From assembly GCA_040285825.1 (NCBI GenBank), contig JAUPSS010000005.1:992001-1056000 (forward strand): a stretch of DNA of 64,000 nt, written 5' to 3'. Of the stretch, positions 25,485 through 37,005 are shown one piece after another. The notes under the pieces were generated by a model. It was not told the DNA's origin. It did no database searches and was given only the letters and a program-made list of their open reading frames with translations. Made by a program: the position numbers and the translations under genes. This DNA is from Eukaryota sp. TZLM1-RC. Its lineage: Eukaryota > Protista > Metamonada: BaSk clade. Position 1 is the first letter of the stretch. Each line of letters opens with the position of its first letter.

Positions 25485-28400
25485 TTATCCAAGGCTAACA
25501 CTGCCCTTTCTTCTTTTCGAGCGTCGAGGCCTGATAGGAGTTGGATTAACATTATTGTTAATATTATCAGAACGACGTTTACGGCGTGAAGGACGAGAGC
25601 GAGTATTAGAAACAGACTTGGAGAATTCTTTATAGGCAGAGGTGTTTTGAACAGTCGAAACCAGCTCAGTGGTAATATGATTGCCAGGCCATTGGACTTG
25701 ACAGTAATCACCATCCTGACTGAGGACTTTCTGGATCACGTGCTCTTCTGCATCGCCAGCCGCAACCCAGGAGTGAAATTCATCATCTACTGGTAAACTG
25801 GAATGCCAAGGTTGGAGGTGCTTCACACTGGCTTTGACAACCATACCAGTACACAGGTTCTTGATGTCAGCTGTGGAGGTAGAGGGTGTGTCAATAACTA
25901 AGAATGGTCCTTTGTAGTTACCATGTAACTTAGCAGTGGAAGACGAAGCTCGTTTGACCAATTGGCCAGGAGAGAAAGGGTTGGCTTCGATTTGGGAATC
26001 ACGAGGAGGAGCCTTGGAAGCTTGACGGAGCTCTGCTTCCTCCTGTTTCTTCTTCAATCTGGCAAATTTGGATTGAATGTTGTTGATGTAGGTTGACTCA
26101 GACGTTGAGCTTTCGAGGGTCTCTATGATTTTGCCGGGGTCAGCTCTTGGGCTAAAATCTGAACCAAACATGAGCTCGTATGGAGAGTAACCTGTAATCG
26201 AACTCTTGGATGAGTTGATTAACAATTGTACATAGGGTGTGTACTCTGACCATGCGTCGTAGGCGTTAAAATCTACGAGCAGCTTCCTCAAATTCTGCAA
26301 AATGTCACGGTGACGGCGTTCGACTAAACCGTTGGACTGAGAGAAGTGAGGGACGGACTTTGAGACCTCTATGCCCAAAAACTCACATAGAGCGTCGAAG
26401 ACAGCTTTGGAGAACTCAGGACCGTTGTCACTATGAACTATGAACGGGATCCCGAATATCGCGCATACCTTCCATATGAGAGCGTCAGCAGTAAGGTTGG
26501 CGTTGAGTTCTTTGAGAGGGACTATGATAGTGAACCTCGTGAAGCTATCCACAAATACAAGAATGTATCTGTGGCCGTCTTGATCTTCTGGAAGAGGACC
26601 AATGACGTCGACGTTAACTCTTGCGAATGGTCTGTCAGCCCACAAGGAACCAGTTGTAGGGACATGCAGTTTGGGGACTGCTGCTGTCTTCTGACAGGAG
26701 GGGCATTCTTGGACGTGCTTGGTCATGTCTGAAAGCATGTTAGGCCACCAGTAGTCGCTGTTCTTGAGTCTGAGGAGACTTTCTGCCTTACTGGGGTGGC
26801 CACCTTGCGGGAGTCCATGTAGAAGGTTAAGCGTATCCTTAACCAGTGATTGAGGAATCACGATCTTGTGCTCTGGAGTCAGATAAAGATCTAGACGACT
26901 ATCCAAAGTACAGTTGTTAAACGAGGTGTCCTGGTTAGCGAGGGCTCGCTTTTGTTCGGACCTGATCTTGCAGAGCCATGGCTCGAAGAGTGGGAGGTCA
27001 TTGGAGCATTTGTCTTGAAGGATGAGCACCTTCTCAAATGTATGGAGATCTTCAACGAAGCATCTCTCTGACTCGGTTTCGTCAATCCTATTTGTGTAGT
27101 AGATAGGGTGAAACTCTTGGTCATTAGAATGTACCAGATGGTTGATGGTATGATTGTCTTGGGGCGGTACTATCCTAGATAGCATGTCTGCCCAATGGTT
27201 CTCTTCCCCTTTTGTATGAACTATGTCGAATAGGAACTCAGAAAAGATGGGAAGCCACCTTCTGACTATTCTGTTTTTGTTCGGAGCGGTAAGCATGTAA
27301 GTAAGGTTTTGGTGATCTGTGAAAATGATCAGACGCCTTCCTTTGAGGTAGTTCTCGAAGCCACTTTCGGTAAGCATGAGAAGGATAGCATAAAGCTCTT
27401 TCTGTACCGTGGGCCAGTTCTGCTGGGAGTTAGTCAACAATCTGCTAAAGAAGCTGATTGGTCTACATTTCTTATTGAGTAAGGGAGTACCAGGGTCCTT
27501 AGTGGGTTCTATTTGTTCCCAAATCACGCCGCCAACTGCTATATCAGAGGCATCACAACTAATTAGTACTTGGTTATCCACCGGAGGTAAGTTGAGAGGC
27601 ATATGCTCCGCGATCAGACGTTTGATTTCGGCTAAATGGTAGTCGTGAGTGTCTTTCCACTGCAAGCGACGTGGTTTGCCATGTGTTAATTTGATGATCG
27701 GGGCAACATGCTTGGTTACCTGGGGAAGCCATTCCCTAATGAAGTTGACTGAGCCGATAAGGCTACGGGCGTCTTTCACAGTCTTAGGTCTGGGAAGATT
27801 CAGTAAAGACTCTGTGCGTGTAGGATCAATGGTCCTGGTTTTGTGTTGGAATCTGCTACCAAGGATCTTTATTGGGTGTCTAGAGGACACAAAATGACAC
27901 TTGGGCAGTCCAAGGCTAACTCTACGGGTTCGAGCCTTCTCGAGGACACGTCTTAGACGTCCGAGGAACTCGTTGAAAGTTCTACCTACTATAATGATGT
28001 CATCTATATAGATGAATACACCGTCTCCGGAGAAGATGTCTGCCATAACGTTCTGGAAAACCGCAGGAACGTTCTTGAGGCCGAAAGCAGCACGTTTAAA
28101 CATGATGCTTTTGCCAGGGATGCTTAAGGCAGTCTTCTCCCAGTCCTTTTCTGCAATCTTTAGTTGCCAAAAGGCTTTGGGGAGGTCAAGGGTACCGATA
28201 AAATTGGCTTCCGAAAGGAAGACTAGCACATCGGATATTCTGGGGAGATTAGGTTCAACGGGAACAGTGTTGGCGTTGACTCCGTCCTTGCCGCTGTAAT
28301 CACCAGTAAGGCGAGGCTTACGATGATCAGGGTATACCACAAGACATACTGGAGAGCTGAACTCATGGTTCGATGGTAGAGCAAATCCAGACTCGACGAG

Positions 28401-28787
28401 TTCATCGAAGATCTGTTCGGCGACTTTCTGCTTCTCGGGGTTTAACCTACGAGGGGGTCGTCTGACTCGAATACTTTCATCATGAAAGTTGATCTCCATT
28501 GGAGGACAGTCAATCCCATCAGCATGCGGCTTAAGGGTGAATGTCTCTTCGAACTCTTTCAAGGTTAGAAGTAAGGTCTTCTTGTCGTTATCACAGTCGA
28601 GGTTTATAGTACAACCAGAAGACTGAATGTGCTCCAACCAACGTCTAGGGACGTTGACGACATCTGAGACTTGGGAGATTCGATGGTCGAATTCAGCCTC
28701 AGGCAGAAGTAATGTACGATGTTCCTCATCCATCTTGATGAAGAGACCTTCATCGTTCAATAGGCCTAGGTGACTATAATCATGGTC
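25485..28787 (-). CDS. pol of C (RT, RNase H, integrase, chromodomain-like); protease catalytic part missing; frame runs into the 3' LTR
   Basis: Open 1091-aa frame: LDLPKAFWQ, YIDD, SCDASD, GHPS..CPSC, DVIGP, SDNGPEF, VERRH, VIQKVL..CQVQW. No D-S/T-G protease motif. Confidence 0.9.
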   Translation of the reverse strand, partial: DHDYSHLGLLNDEGLFIKMDEEHRTLLLPEAEFDHRISQVSDVVNVPRRWLEHIQSSGCTINLDCDNDKKTLLLTLKEFEETFTLKPHADGIDCPPMEINFHDESIRVRRPPRRLNPEKQKVAEQIFDELVESGFALPSNHEFSSPVCLVVYPDHRKPRLTGDYSGKDGVNANTVPVEPNLPRISDVLVFLSEANFIGTLDLPKAFWQLKIAEKDWEKTALSIPGKSIMFKRAAFGLKNVPAVFQNVMADIFSGDGVFIYIDDIIIVGRTFNEFLGRLRRVLEKARTRRVSLGLPKCHFVSSRHPIKILGSRFQHKTRTIDPTRTESLLNLPRPKTVKDARSLIGSVNFIREWLPQVTKHVAPIIKLTHGKPRRLQWKDTHDYHLAEIKRLIAEHMPLNLPPVDNQVLISCDASDIAVGGVIWEQIEPTKDPGTPLLNKKCRPISFFSRLLTNSQQNWPTVQKELYAILLMLTESGFENYLKGRRLIIFTDHQNLTYMLTAPNKNRIVRRWLPIFSEFLFDIVHTKGEENHWADMLSRIVPPQDNHTINHLVHSNDQEFHPIYYTNRIDETESERCFVEDLHTFEKVLILQDKCSNDLPLFEPWLCKIRSEQKRALANQDTSFNNCTLDSRLDLYLTPEHKIVIPQSLVKDTLNLLHGLPQGGHPSKAESLLRLKNSDYWWPNMLSDMTKHVQECPSCQKTAAVPKLHVPTTGSLWADRPFARVNVDVIGPLPEDQDGHRYILVFVDSFTRFTIIVPLKELNANLTADALIWKVCAIFGIPFIVHSDNGPEFSKAVFDALCEFLGIEVSKSVPHFSQSNGLVERRHRDILQNLRKLLVDFNAYDAWSEYTPYVQLLINSSKSSITGYSPYELMFGSDFSPRADPGKIIETLESSTSESTYINNIQSKFARLKKKQEEAELRQASKAPPRDSQIEANPFSPGQLVKRASSSTAKLHGNYKGPFLVIDTPSTSTADIKNLCTGMVVKASVKHLQPWHSSLPVDDEFHSWVAAGDAEEHVIQKVLSQDGDYCQVQWPGNHITTELVSTVQNTSAYKEFSKSVSNTRSRPSRRKRRSDNINNNVNPTPIRPRRSKRRKGSVSLG

Positions 28788-31457
28788 TCACAAGGCACGG
28801 TCGCTTGCCCTGACGTCAGAAATGGCGGTACTTCGTAAAACTGTTCTCATTAGCCTCACAGTGAAGTCGCCCCAGCGATTCCTAAAGTCCTGAATATTCC
28901 AATTCATCTGAACTCTATATAACTGATTCCTCGCCGTTTCTAAAGTACTATACTGGCTGAGGTGTAAAATTGATTCCCATATTTGCTCCTCATTAATGTT
29001 GTCGATAGCTGAGATACTATCAGACATAGACGAAAACCTGCCTTGAGCTCTCAGAGCGGCCAAGCACTCTGGAGTAACACAGGAGGCAATCCTACGAGGG
29101 TCGACTTGAGCAGCAGCTCTGAATCGGTCCCACTCGTGGAGGGGGTTACCATATCTCTGATCAAGAGGGAGGTTCCGGTTTTCTCTGCTTATGGATTGAG
29201 GAGTGGCAGGAGGACGAGAACGTTCCTCAAGTTGCCTTCTTAGTTCAGACACTTCTCTTGCTAGTCTGACTTGAGTAGGATCAGATTCATTGATGTCTCT
29301 CTCTTCAATGGTCCTCTCAGTCCTAGCATACAGAATAAATCTGTCGATGAATTTCAAGATCCTTACTGGGTCAGAGATATCGTTGGCTTCCAGGGTGGGT
29401 TTTCTGGGTCGACCACCTCTTTGTCTATCTCTATCTCTATCTTGTGAACTCGCCATAGCTTCCATCAGTAGGGTGTTGGAATACTGGGGAGCTATGGGAG
29501 TGTTAGAAGGAGTTACTCCTGGGACCCTAGGGTCTTGAGGAACCTGGGAAGGAGTTGATGGATCCTGAGATTGGACAACTACAGGTTGTTGCACTGACTC
29601 AACAGTGTCAGTAGTTGCCATTGGCTCATCTTGTTGTTGGTCATCTTGAGGCTCAATGCTCAAAGATGAGAAGACTGTGTCTGTCTCAACTGGGTCAGGC
29701 TCAGAAGTTCTCAATTCTACCGGGTCATGATCGCTCGGATAGTAACTTTGCACATTACCATCGACATTGACCCACAGAAGAGAACTAGAATTGGTGACAC
29801 CAATGTACTCCTGTACATTCATCAGGGCGTCCCTTAGTGGCCTATTCCTTCTATGCTCCGGACCAAAATATGACGCGCAATGGTCTGGTCTGCGGTCTTG
29901 AAGGTACAATCTTTGGTAGTTCGTAGTGTAAGTGTACCACCATCCAGTCCTGAAGTCTCTATTGATATAAATGTCAAGAGAGGCATTGTATCCAGGGCTA
30001 AACCTGGGGAAAGGACATGGGTTACATCGGTTGAGGAAGAGATTCAGCTCATCACCAGCGAAGATCCTCTGTACACCTTCACGAGGAGTTCTGAACCCTC
30101 CAACAGTATCCCGTTGAGGATAATTTGGAGGAGGGTCACAACGAACCGTAAGATTGTCTACTTCCTCCGTTGGGAAGTAGGGACCTATTCTTCTGCGGAT
30201 CCTAAAGCCGTGATCATTAACCACTTCTGGACCCCAAAATGGGGGTAAAGCAGCAATGAGTTCATTGGGAGGAATCGATGCAGGATCTCCTAACATTAAC
30301 TCAATACCAGCATTGAGAACTAAGTTTTGAGCTTCAGTTCTCTGTTGGGTAGAGATGAAAGGAGAATCTGATTCCTGGGGTTGGCTTGGGGCTTGATAGG
30401 TGTTAGGCTGTGCAGCACTAAGCACCTGCCAAGCAGCAGGAACAGAAGAAACAACGTGACCTTGCTGAGGAGTCTGGCCAGAGGTTGGAGGGACATGAAT
30501 TACTCCTCTAGTAGGAACTCCCGAAGGAGGAACAGATGGAGTTGAATGGACTTCTGTAGGAGCTACCGTAGTAGGAGCAGAAGTATCAGGAAGGCCTGCT
30601 ACAGGAACTTCTTGAGAAGGAGTAGTAGGATTTGGGCTACCAGCAGGGACTGTAGGAGGAGCTGGTTGTTGCGGAGGGCTGCTTTCCATAGGAACTTCCC
30701 TAGAAGGAATGGAAGGAGCTTGTTGTCCTTCCCCAGGAGCTTCCGTAGAAGAAGTAGAAGGAGCTTGTTGTCCTTCCCCAGGAGCTTCCGTAGAAGAAGT
30801 AGAAGGAACTTGTTGTCCTTCCCCAGGAGCTTCCGTAGAAGAAGTGGAAGGGGCAACAGGAGCGCAAACAATAGGTGAAGAGGGAGGCTCTACTCTCTTG
30901 AGCTTCAACAGCTCAGATATCTTGTTGCTGGCTGAGTCAGGGTCAGTCTGGTTGATGATATACTTCAGATATTCATCTAAAGTACTGAACTGTTCAGGAC
31001 CTAAAAGGGAATCTTCAACCTCTCCTTCAGAACCAGGGGGAGGAGAAAGAGGTATAAAGTTTTCCACATTAGCGGGAGGAACAGGAAGACTGATAGGAAC
31101 CACAGGAACGTCATCCGTAGATGGAGTGGAACCTTGACCCGAGGGTTGAGAGGAAGTGTCACTTCTCTCGCCACCAGAGGGTTGTTCTGTTCCCAACTGA
31201 GGAGTTTGCGAGGAAGAACTTGAAACATTGGGTTGTGTAACAGAATCTCCGGAGGGAGGAGTTAACACAGGAGGAGGAGAAGCATTGCTTCCCTCGGACC
31301 CAGTTGTCAAGGGTTGTTCTGGTCCCGACTGAGGAGTTCGGGAGGAAGAACTCGAAGGGTGAGACGTAGGAGGATCAGTCCTAACAGTCTCGGAGTTGTC
31401 ATTGGAACCACCCAAACGTGATCCAATACGTATTGATGATCTGTGGGGGTTAGACAT
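28788..31457 (-). CDS. Gag-like protein of C (889 aa, Pro/Ser-rich; ATG inside the 5' LTR; C-terminus truncated)
   Basis: Long ORF from the LTR to the pol junction, with a capsid-like helical C-terminal region. Confidence 0.8.
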   Translation of the reverse strand: MSNPHRSSIRIGSRLGGSNDNSETVRTDPPTSHPSSSSSRTPQSGPEQPLTTGSEGSNASPPPVLTPPSGDSVTQPNVSSSSSQTPQLGTEQPSGGERSDTSSQPSGQGSTPSTDDVPVVPISLPVPPANVENFIPLSPPPGSEGEVEDSLLGPEQFSTLDEYLKYIINQTDPDSASNKISELLKLKRVEPPSSPIVCAPVAPSTSSTEAPGEGQQVPSTSSTEAPGEGQQAPSTSSTEAPGEGQQAPSIPSREVPMESSPPQQPAPPTVPAGSPNPTTPSQEVPVAGLPDTSAPTTVAPTEVHSTPSVPPSGVPTRGVIHVPPTSGQTPQQGHVVSSVPAAWQVLSAAQPNTYQAPSQPQESDSPFISTQQRTEAQNLVLNAGIELMLGDPASIPPNELIAALPPFWGPEVVNDHGFRIRRRIGPYFPTEEVDNLTVRCDPPPNYPQRDTVGGFRTPREGVQRIFAGDELNLFLNRCNPCPFPRFSPGYNASLDIYINRDFRTGWWYTYTTNYQRLYLQDRRPDHCASYFGPEHRRNRPLRDALMNVQEYIGVTNSSSLLWVNVDGNVQSYYPSDHDPVELRTSEPDPVETDTVFSSLSIEPQDDQQQDEPMATTDTVESVQQPVVVQSQDPSTPSQVPQDPRVPGVTPSNTPIAPQYSNTLLMEAMASSQDRDRDRQRGGRPRKPTLEANDISDPVRILKFIDRFILYARTERTIEERDINESDPTQVRLAREVSELRRQLEERSRPPATPQSISRENRNLPLDQRYGNPLHEWDRFRAAAQVDPRRIASCVTPECLAALRAQGRFSSMSDSISAIDNINEEQIWESILHLSQYSTLETARNQLYRVQMNWNIQDFRNRWGDFTVRLMRTVLRSTAISDVRASDRAL
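30712..30850. repeat. 3 x 45-bp in-frame tandem repeat in gag of C (STEAPGEGQQxPSTS)
   Basis: Unit GAAGGAGCTTGTTGTCCTTCCCCAGGAGCTTCCGTAGAAGAAGTA is repeated. Confidence 0.9.
31424..31435. other. 12-nt palindrome CAATACGTATTG at the 5' LTR end / PBS position (C)
   Basis: Read directly; the boundary is fixed by the second LTR and the TSD. Confidence 0.95.
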
Positions 31458-32316
31458 TGAGTATACCTTAAATGTAATTTATTACAAGGGAATGAGGATT
31501 TCCCTTGACTTAAGCGCATGGGCGCAATAATACAATAACTATTAATAAACTATAAATAAACTATTATAAATATTATCCAAGGCTAACACTTTGCGCCATT
31601 CTCTGAACTGCTCTAAATTGATAACTTATCGTTCTTCATAACATGATGCTGTTAGAGACACTATTGCACAAACTGCAAGAATATCGTGTATCAAAGAGCC
31701 CCTGCTGAAGGAAACACTTTCTCTGAAAAATTTGGGTTCTGATGATGAGGTGATGTATACTGTGATTGGATTGATAATTCTGAAGCTATTGTTGACTTTG
31801 TCTCATGTAATGTTGCAAATGATACTTTGGTTCACAGAAGAAAACTTAATCCTGTGACTGCCCTTGATTTTAAAGCAAAAGAGAAACATAGAAAATATGA
31901 TAAAAATATTGAAGAGGCTAATGCCGATAGAAATACACAGCTGGTTTTTATTGCTTTCCCATTTTCGATAAATGGAAGATTATCAGATGAAGCAGAAACT
32001 TTTTTGAATGACTTCCAATAAATGGTGCAAGAAAAGACAATGAAAAGATTTGATATATTTTTATGGCGTTCACGGATTCAATTTACCATTATTAATAGAT
32101 TACCACGGTTTTTCAATCGAATAAGAGAAGCTTTAGCTAGACAGCAAGCAGATCAAGAGTTTGCAGAGGAAATTTTGGTCCAATGATAGTCGTCCCATTA
32201 GTTATGAGTTAATTTAATTGAGGGTGCAAATTCAATAAATGAAATCACAGAACCTCTAGGAAAAACACCTGGGACATTGATTACTACTGCTTCCTTACAT
32301 CAGCTGATATTATCTC

Positions 32317-34167
32317 ATGTCCTCCGTTAATGACATAATCAGTTTCTACTTAGACCTCCTCCCTAAAGCACATACCCTCTACATTTGCCCCACTTTTGAA
32401 GAAGTAATTAAATGGCATGGAGGTTATCCCAAACTCCTTGCACTTGGTTTTACATCTCTTCTCCCGCTCTCTCATCTACTCTCCAATCAAAACTCCAATC
32501 AAAACACGTGTACCATCATCACAGACTCTATCACCACATCCCTACTCTCCTTCACCTCTACCTCTTCCACTCCAGCTCGACATCTTGTGTCCCTAATACC
32601 AGAGTTTGTATTAGAATACCTCCCCAACCCTAATCCTAACCCAATTTCTTTTTCACAGCTCTCCCCCTCTTTTACTTCAATAACTTATCTCCCTCTGGTT
32701 TATTGCTCCCCTTTTCCCAACACCATAGTGCTATCAAGACCTAATGCATACTCATTGTCATTATACGAAGGAAGCCGCGATGGGGAAGTTTCAAAGGTGT
32801 TATTTGCAATTGATTTGATTGGTTTTATGCTATCAATAGGAGCAAGTAGGCAATCAATCATAATCAACTGTCTAGGATCAGTTTCCCAGTCAATAACGAA
32901 GAGAATAGTTGATTTTGTTCATTTATTTCCAGAATTTCCTCAGATTAAATCAAATATTTTGAATTTAAACTTGTTTTTAACAGAGCGTGGAATTGATTGT
33001 GCGTCTGTCATCACATCATCAATCAAAAAAGATGGAAAATCGAATTTGTTGAGTGATTTATACAATACTTGCCATTTTGGGTCATTCAATGACGTGATGA
33101 TTGGTTGTGATTCACCTTTTAACCCTTTGGTTGATGAGGGTCAACCTTTGATTAGCTCCTTAATCAGTGATTTAAATCCAACATTGAAGGATGATCTCTT
33201 TTCGTCAACTGACATTGACACGTGCAAAGAGCTCATCCAATCATTTTTGATTGATACTTTTGAGCTTGACGAATCAACACTACTATCTGAAATATTAACA
33301 GCAAAAGCTGGCGAAACTTCTAAATTATCAAAATTTGAATTTTCTCTCCTACGGTTGGGGTTGGCTTTGGAAAACTCTACAGTTAAGTCTACAGTCCAGT
33401 CTACAGTCGTGAAAATAATTTCTAAATATTTCACTTCTGGAAATTTAATAAAGAATTCTTGGATGGAACAGGTTAAAATTATTTTAAACGACAAGGAATT
33501 CAGTCATAACACGTCATCAAATTTGATTGAAATCATCTGGATTTTATGTTTACTCTGTGTTACCAGATCGGTTCCTGTCAGCAGTCAGTCAATTTCACCA
33601 ATCAAATCATATTTGATTGATTACATTATCAACTGGGTGGTCAAATCTCCAAATCCAAGTATAAATTTCTTTAATTCAGACATTAACAATGCGTTGCTTG
33701 AGTTATTCAATAATCGTAATGATTCTTCTTCAGAACATTTTATCAATGCATTTAATAAATGTAGGCTATTATTGGATGATGAGCTTTATAGAATATTGAT
33801 TAATTTAAATGCTATTTCGCAAATTAAGCTTGATTTGTCTTTTATTACATACCCATCTCGTGGATTTTTTAATTTTTTGTCTCATCAATTCATCAATAAT
33901 CAATTAAGTTGCGAAAAGTTTACCACTCATAAACAATTAGAAAATTTGATTAGTTCAGCGTTTTCTTTCATGAGAGGTCAGAAGTCACGTGGTCGATCAC
34001 GTGATGTTGGTCAGAAGTTGATTGATTCTCACTCTGTTTGTATGTTTGGAGGTGCTAGTTTTAACGAAATTTTGAATATTTCTAGTGAATTAAAAGGTGG
34101 ATTTTTCATTTGTTCAAGAATAACAAATACTGAAGAAATGATTAAAGATTTGATTGTAAATAAATAA
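32317..34167 (+). CDS. Divergent Sec1/Munc18-family protein (SCFD2/MIP3-like)
   Basis: Intact 616-aa ORF. LFLTERGID and the C-terminal VCMFGGASFNEI...FICSRITN resemble Sec1 domain motifs. Confidence 0.55.
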   Translation: MSSVNDIISFYLDLLPKAHTLYICPTFEEVIKWHGGYPKLLALGFTSLLPLSHLLSNQNSNQNTCTIITDSITTSLLSFTSTSSTPARHLVSLIPEFVLEYLPNPNPNPISFSQLSPSFTSITYLPLVYCSPFPNTIVLSRPNAYSLSLYEGSRDGEVSKVLFAIDLIGFMLSIGASRQSIIINCLGSVSQSITKRIVDFVHLFPEFPQIKSNILNLNLFLTERGIDCASVITSSIKKDGKSNLLSDLYNTCHFGSFNDVMIGCDSPFNPLVDEGQPLISSLISDLNPTLKDDLFSSTDIDTCKELIQSFLIDTFELDESTLLSEILTAKAGETSKLSKFEFSLLRLGLALENSTVKSTVQSTVVKIISKYFTSGNLIKNSWMEQVKIILNDKEFSHNTSSNLIEIIWILCLLCVTRSVPVSSQSISPIKSYLIDYIINWVVKSPNPSINFFNSDINNALLELFNNRNDSSSEHFINAFNKCRLLLDDELYRILINLNAISQIKLDLSFITYPSRGFFNFLSHQFINNQLSCEKFTTHKQLENLISSAFSFMRGQKSRGRSRDVGQKLIDSHSVCMFGGASFNEILNISSELKGGFFICSRITNTEEMIKDLIVNK

Positions 34168-34499
34168 TTCCCAATTTGTGGTTATCTTGCTAAAACAAGT
34201 CTGATCTTGTATACCAAACCGGTTTCTTTGAACATAAGCGAACCAACATCACAACAACACCTGAAAAAATGTCCGCCATAATTATTATTTTGTTTTTTAA
34301 ACTATCAATAATGAGTCTCTATTCTAAGAACCCAATTGCATTTAATTAATTAATCTAAATTTAATTCAAAAAATCCAATTTTTTTTGCTACACTACAGAC
34401 AGATAAAAAAGTCTGAAACTACTCCATCTCTTCAGAAGAAAAAGTCTTTCTTTTGGCAGCTCATGAACAAATGCTATAAAGACATTTTGTTCTCGTATA

Positions 34500-35100
34500 G
34501 AATTAAAAGTTTAAATCAAAAGTAGCCCATCAGTGATAAAGAATCAGTTCAGTGGTCGTTATTTATTTTGCAAAAACGTTGAGCGGCAGCGGGAGCTCCT
34601 AACTCCATTGACAATCAGCATTATCATTATAGTTAATGTAAGTAGCAATTAAAGCAAGAACATTCACTGAACAAGATTAGCCATTATAATTGGATTTATT
34701 GAATCAATTGAATACTAGGTATATATGTTGTTGTACAGATATTTTCCGAAAGGTCAAAATATTCAACACTGCCTGTGAGCCTCAAATTCCATTTCATTTA
34801 CATCCAAATCAAGGTCAACTCAGCAGCTTTTTAGTTCCTCCAAAACACCCACGGTGTTCGGTCTTCGTATGATCCTTCAAATACACTTTCTCATTTCCAA
34901 GATTATTGGTTTCAACATCCCCAGTAAATGATGCAAGAGCGAATGATAATTGAGAAAGTGGTATTCCTTTTCTTTAGAGGGGTACCGATTTCTAAGCAAT
35001 AAGCGTTAATCATTTCAAGCAGTTGTTCACGAACAATAAACCGTTGACTTGTTGCAAGGCCGAATCTCTTCAAGTCCGTATTGTTTATGGAAATGGCCAT
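34500..35100 (-). mobile_element. Degraded N-terminal (FAR1-like) part of a MULE transposase
   Basis: SQRFIVREQLLEMINAY...G..LKKR pattern; frameshifted. Confidence 0.35.
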
Positions 35101-36709
35101 ACTGTTATCTCAGTAGTAAAATGTACAGTGACCCGATTCTGCAATATTCTCCACTATTTTTAACTGAGGCATGAGTTGTGGTACACTTCTTGGATGGGGT
35201 GAGTTTTCTTCTACTTCTGGTGGGAATTCCCTAGAAATTTCAGGACTAAGGACAACGTCATATAGTTCTTCTAGGGAATTATATTATTATATATATTGTA
35301 CAACGTAGTGTATCCTTTTTAAATATTCTGCTCCAACGTATGACTCAGAACAACTATCAACAACTGTTGCACTAACTTAACAAATGACAGAGTCAAGCTG
35401 CTTTGTTGCTACTACACGCTGGACATTAGCCAATCTGTTAAAATCGTAAGTTGGGAATTTACCAGTCTGAAGAGGACCGCTAATGAGATTATGGTCGCAC
35501 TTATAACAACAATGACCAGTATAGGTTCAAATATCTATGTTTCAAATGGATGAGCGTGTATTATGATGTTACCAATCATAATTAATTATACCTATTAATG
35601 GTAAAATGACCAACATGCCAGATTAGTGCGATTCTGCTTGATGGAATGGGGAGAAAAACGCAGATTACACGACTTGTGTACATGCCACGTCATCACTCGT
35701 CATCACTGCCACGTGTCCTTGTTTTGGTGTCTGGACTAGCGTCTTTCTACTTAATGATTGTTGAAAGTGTTTTAGCTTGATGTTTGGATTCAAGACGTTG
35801 GCTGGCCAAAGGAAACAATCTCTCTTTATAGGAGTGAATCTCGACAACATAAAATTAAAAAAAAATTATTTGTGTAAATATCAGCGGTCTTCATTGTATT
35901 CATTTCAATTTTGTATTCATTGTATTCATTTTTTTGTTTTCATTTTTGATTTTCATTTCATTTGTATTGGAGTACATTTCAAGTCTTTGCACAATGTGCA
36001 GCAGTTAGCATTCTGCACTAATACACCTTCATTTACAAACGTTCATTTCTCTTATTATTTCAAACACACAAGACCCAATTCTGCAATGGTCACTGTAGAT
36101 GTAGGGTTATTTTGTAAGATAATATATTTTTATACTTGTACATCAACCTTCTTTTGGAGTCACAATGGCGCAAAACCGAAAATTAAAATGAATCCATAAA
36201 TTTCTACTTTTTAACAAATACATTGTAAAAAGAATATTTTCAGAAAAACTATCACCAATTTGGTGCTTTCGATAATTTGTCCTCATTCTCATCATGTTCC
36301 GTTTACCTTGTTTTTTTGCTTATTCACATAATCTTAAATAGTTTTGAATCTTATAATGTCTTAGGAAACAGAATTACAAGAATATATGGTCTTGGCACTG
36401 ATTCTCTCCTTGTTCAAAGAAAGTTGGAGCCATTGCTGATCTTTAGGTAGATTATATTAATTCTTGGTCCATTGACTTTAGGGCAAACAGCAGAAGAATG
36501 TTGTGACAACATCCGTGAACAACAGTGAGTTAATGACTTTCAGCTTTGTAATATATAACTTGTATATATGATTTCCATATTTACACGGCGATTATGTAAT
36601 CTACTTTCTTATCGGTTTCAAGTTCTTCTTTTCTAGCTTTAAGGGAAACACATATATATCAGGTTTCAATGATAGTCAACACAAAAAAGTATAACTTTAG
36701 ATAAATCCA

Positions 36710-37005
36710 AACAGAATTTTTTGCTGATTTATTAGATGTTGGCAACATGCTGAAAAATCAGTTATTTTCGGCAGCAAATTTGGGTGGTATTGGATTTACA
36801 AAATCTTCTATTTTCTGTCAATTAGCATTTTTTGGTGGATGCAAGATTTTTATTTATGAATTTTCTCATTTGTTAGTTCCCAGTTACAGTCTATATTTGA
36901 ATGAGTTATCTTGTAAACTCAATAGATTGTCACCACAAATTTGGACCAAATGTTTTCCCCAATCAATTCAAAAAATTACAAACCGATCTCTCGATAATTT
37001 GCAGT
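36710..37005 (+). mobile_element. Internal fragment of a CRE-like non-LTR element
   Basis: Colinear with 16097-16413 (FSAANLGGIG...QIWTKCFPQSIQ). Confidence 0.85.

Larger units (their letters stand above)
25346..31588 (-). mobile_element. Ty3/Gypsy-like LTR retrotransposon C, both LTRs present (31434-31588 and 25346-25500; 155 bp), TSD CTTT
   Basis: Near-identical direct repeats. CTTT at 25342-25345 and 31589-31592. Polypurine tract GAAAAGAAGAAAGGGCAG adjacent to the 3' LTR. Confidence 0.97.
22680..32240 (+). mobile_element. Near full-length degraded CRE-like non-LTR element (~22680-25345 and 31589-~32240), interrupted by LTR element C
   Basis: N-terminal CCHC knuckle (CSKCRHQGHNARTC), KAAGLSG, VRPIAV, GVKQGDPLGPLLF, YMDD. 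PQLT/LRHSLNC rejoins across the insertion. RLE region and a GTTCAATAAA-like 3' end. Confidence 0.88.

Noticed and set aside
30546-31228. Antisense and alternative-frame ORFs over gag/pol and host genes
   Set aside because: Shadow ORFs of long coding frames and repeats; no motifs.
35223-35281. 12-bp inverted repeat (AATTCCCTAGAA/TTCTAGGGAATT) as terminator or MITE
   Set aside because: Single instance, no TSD, eukaryotic context; function cannot be supported.
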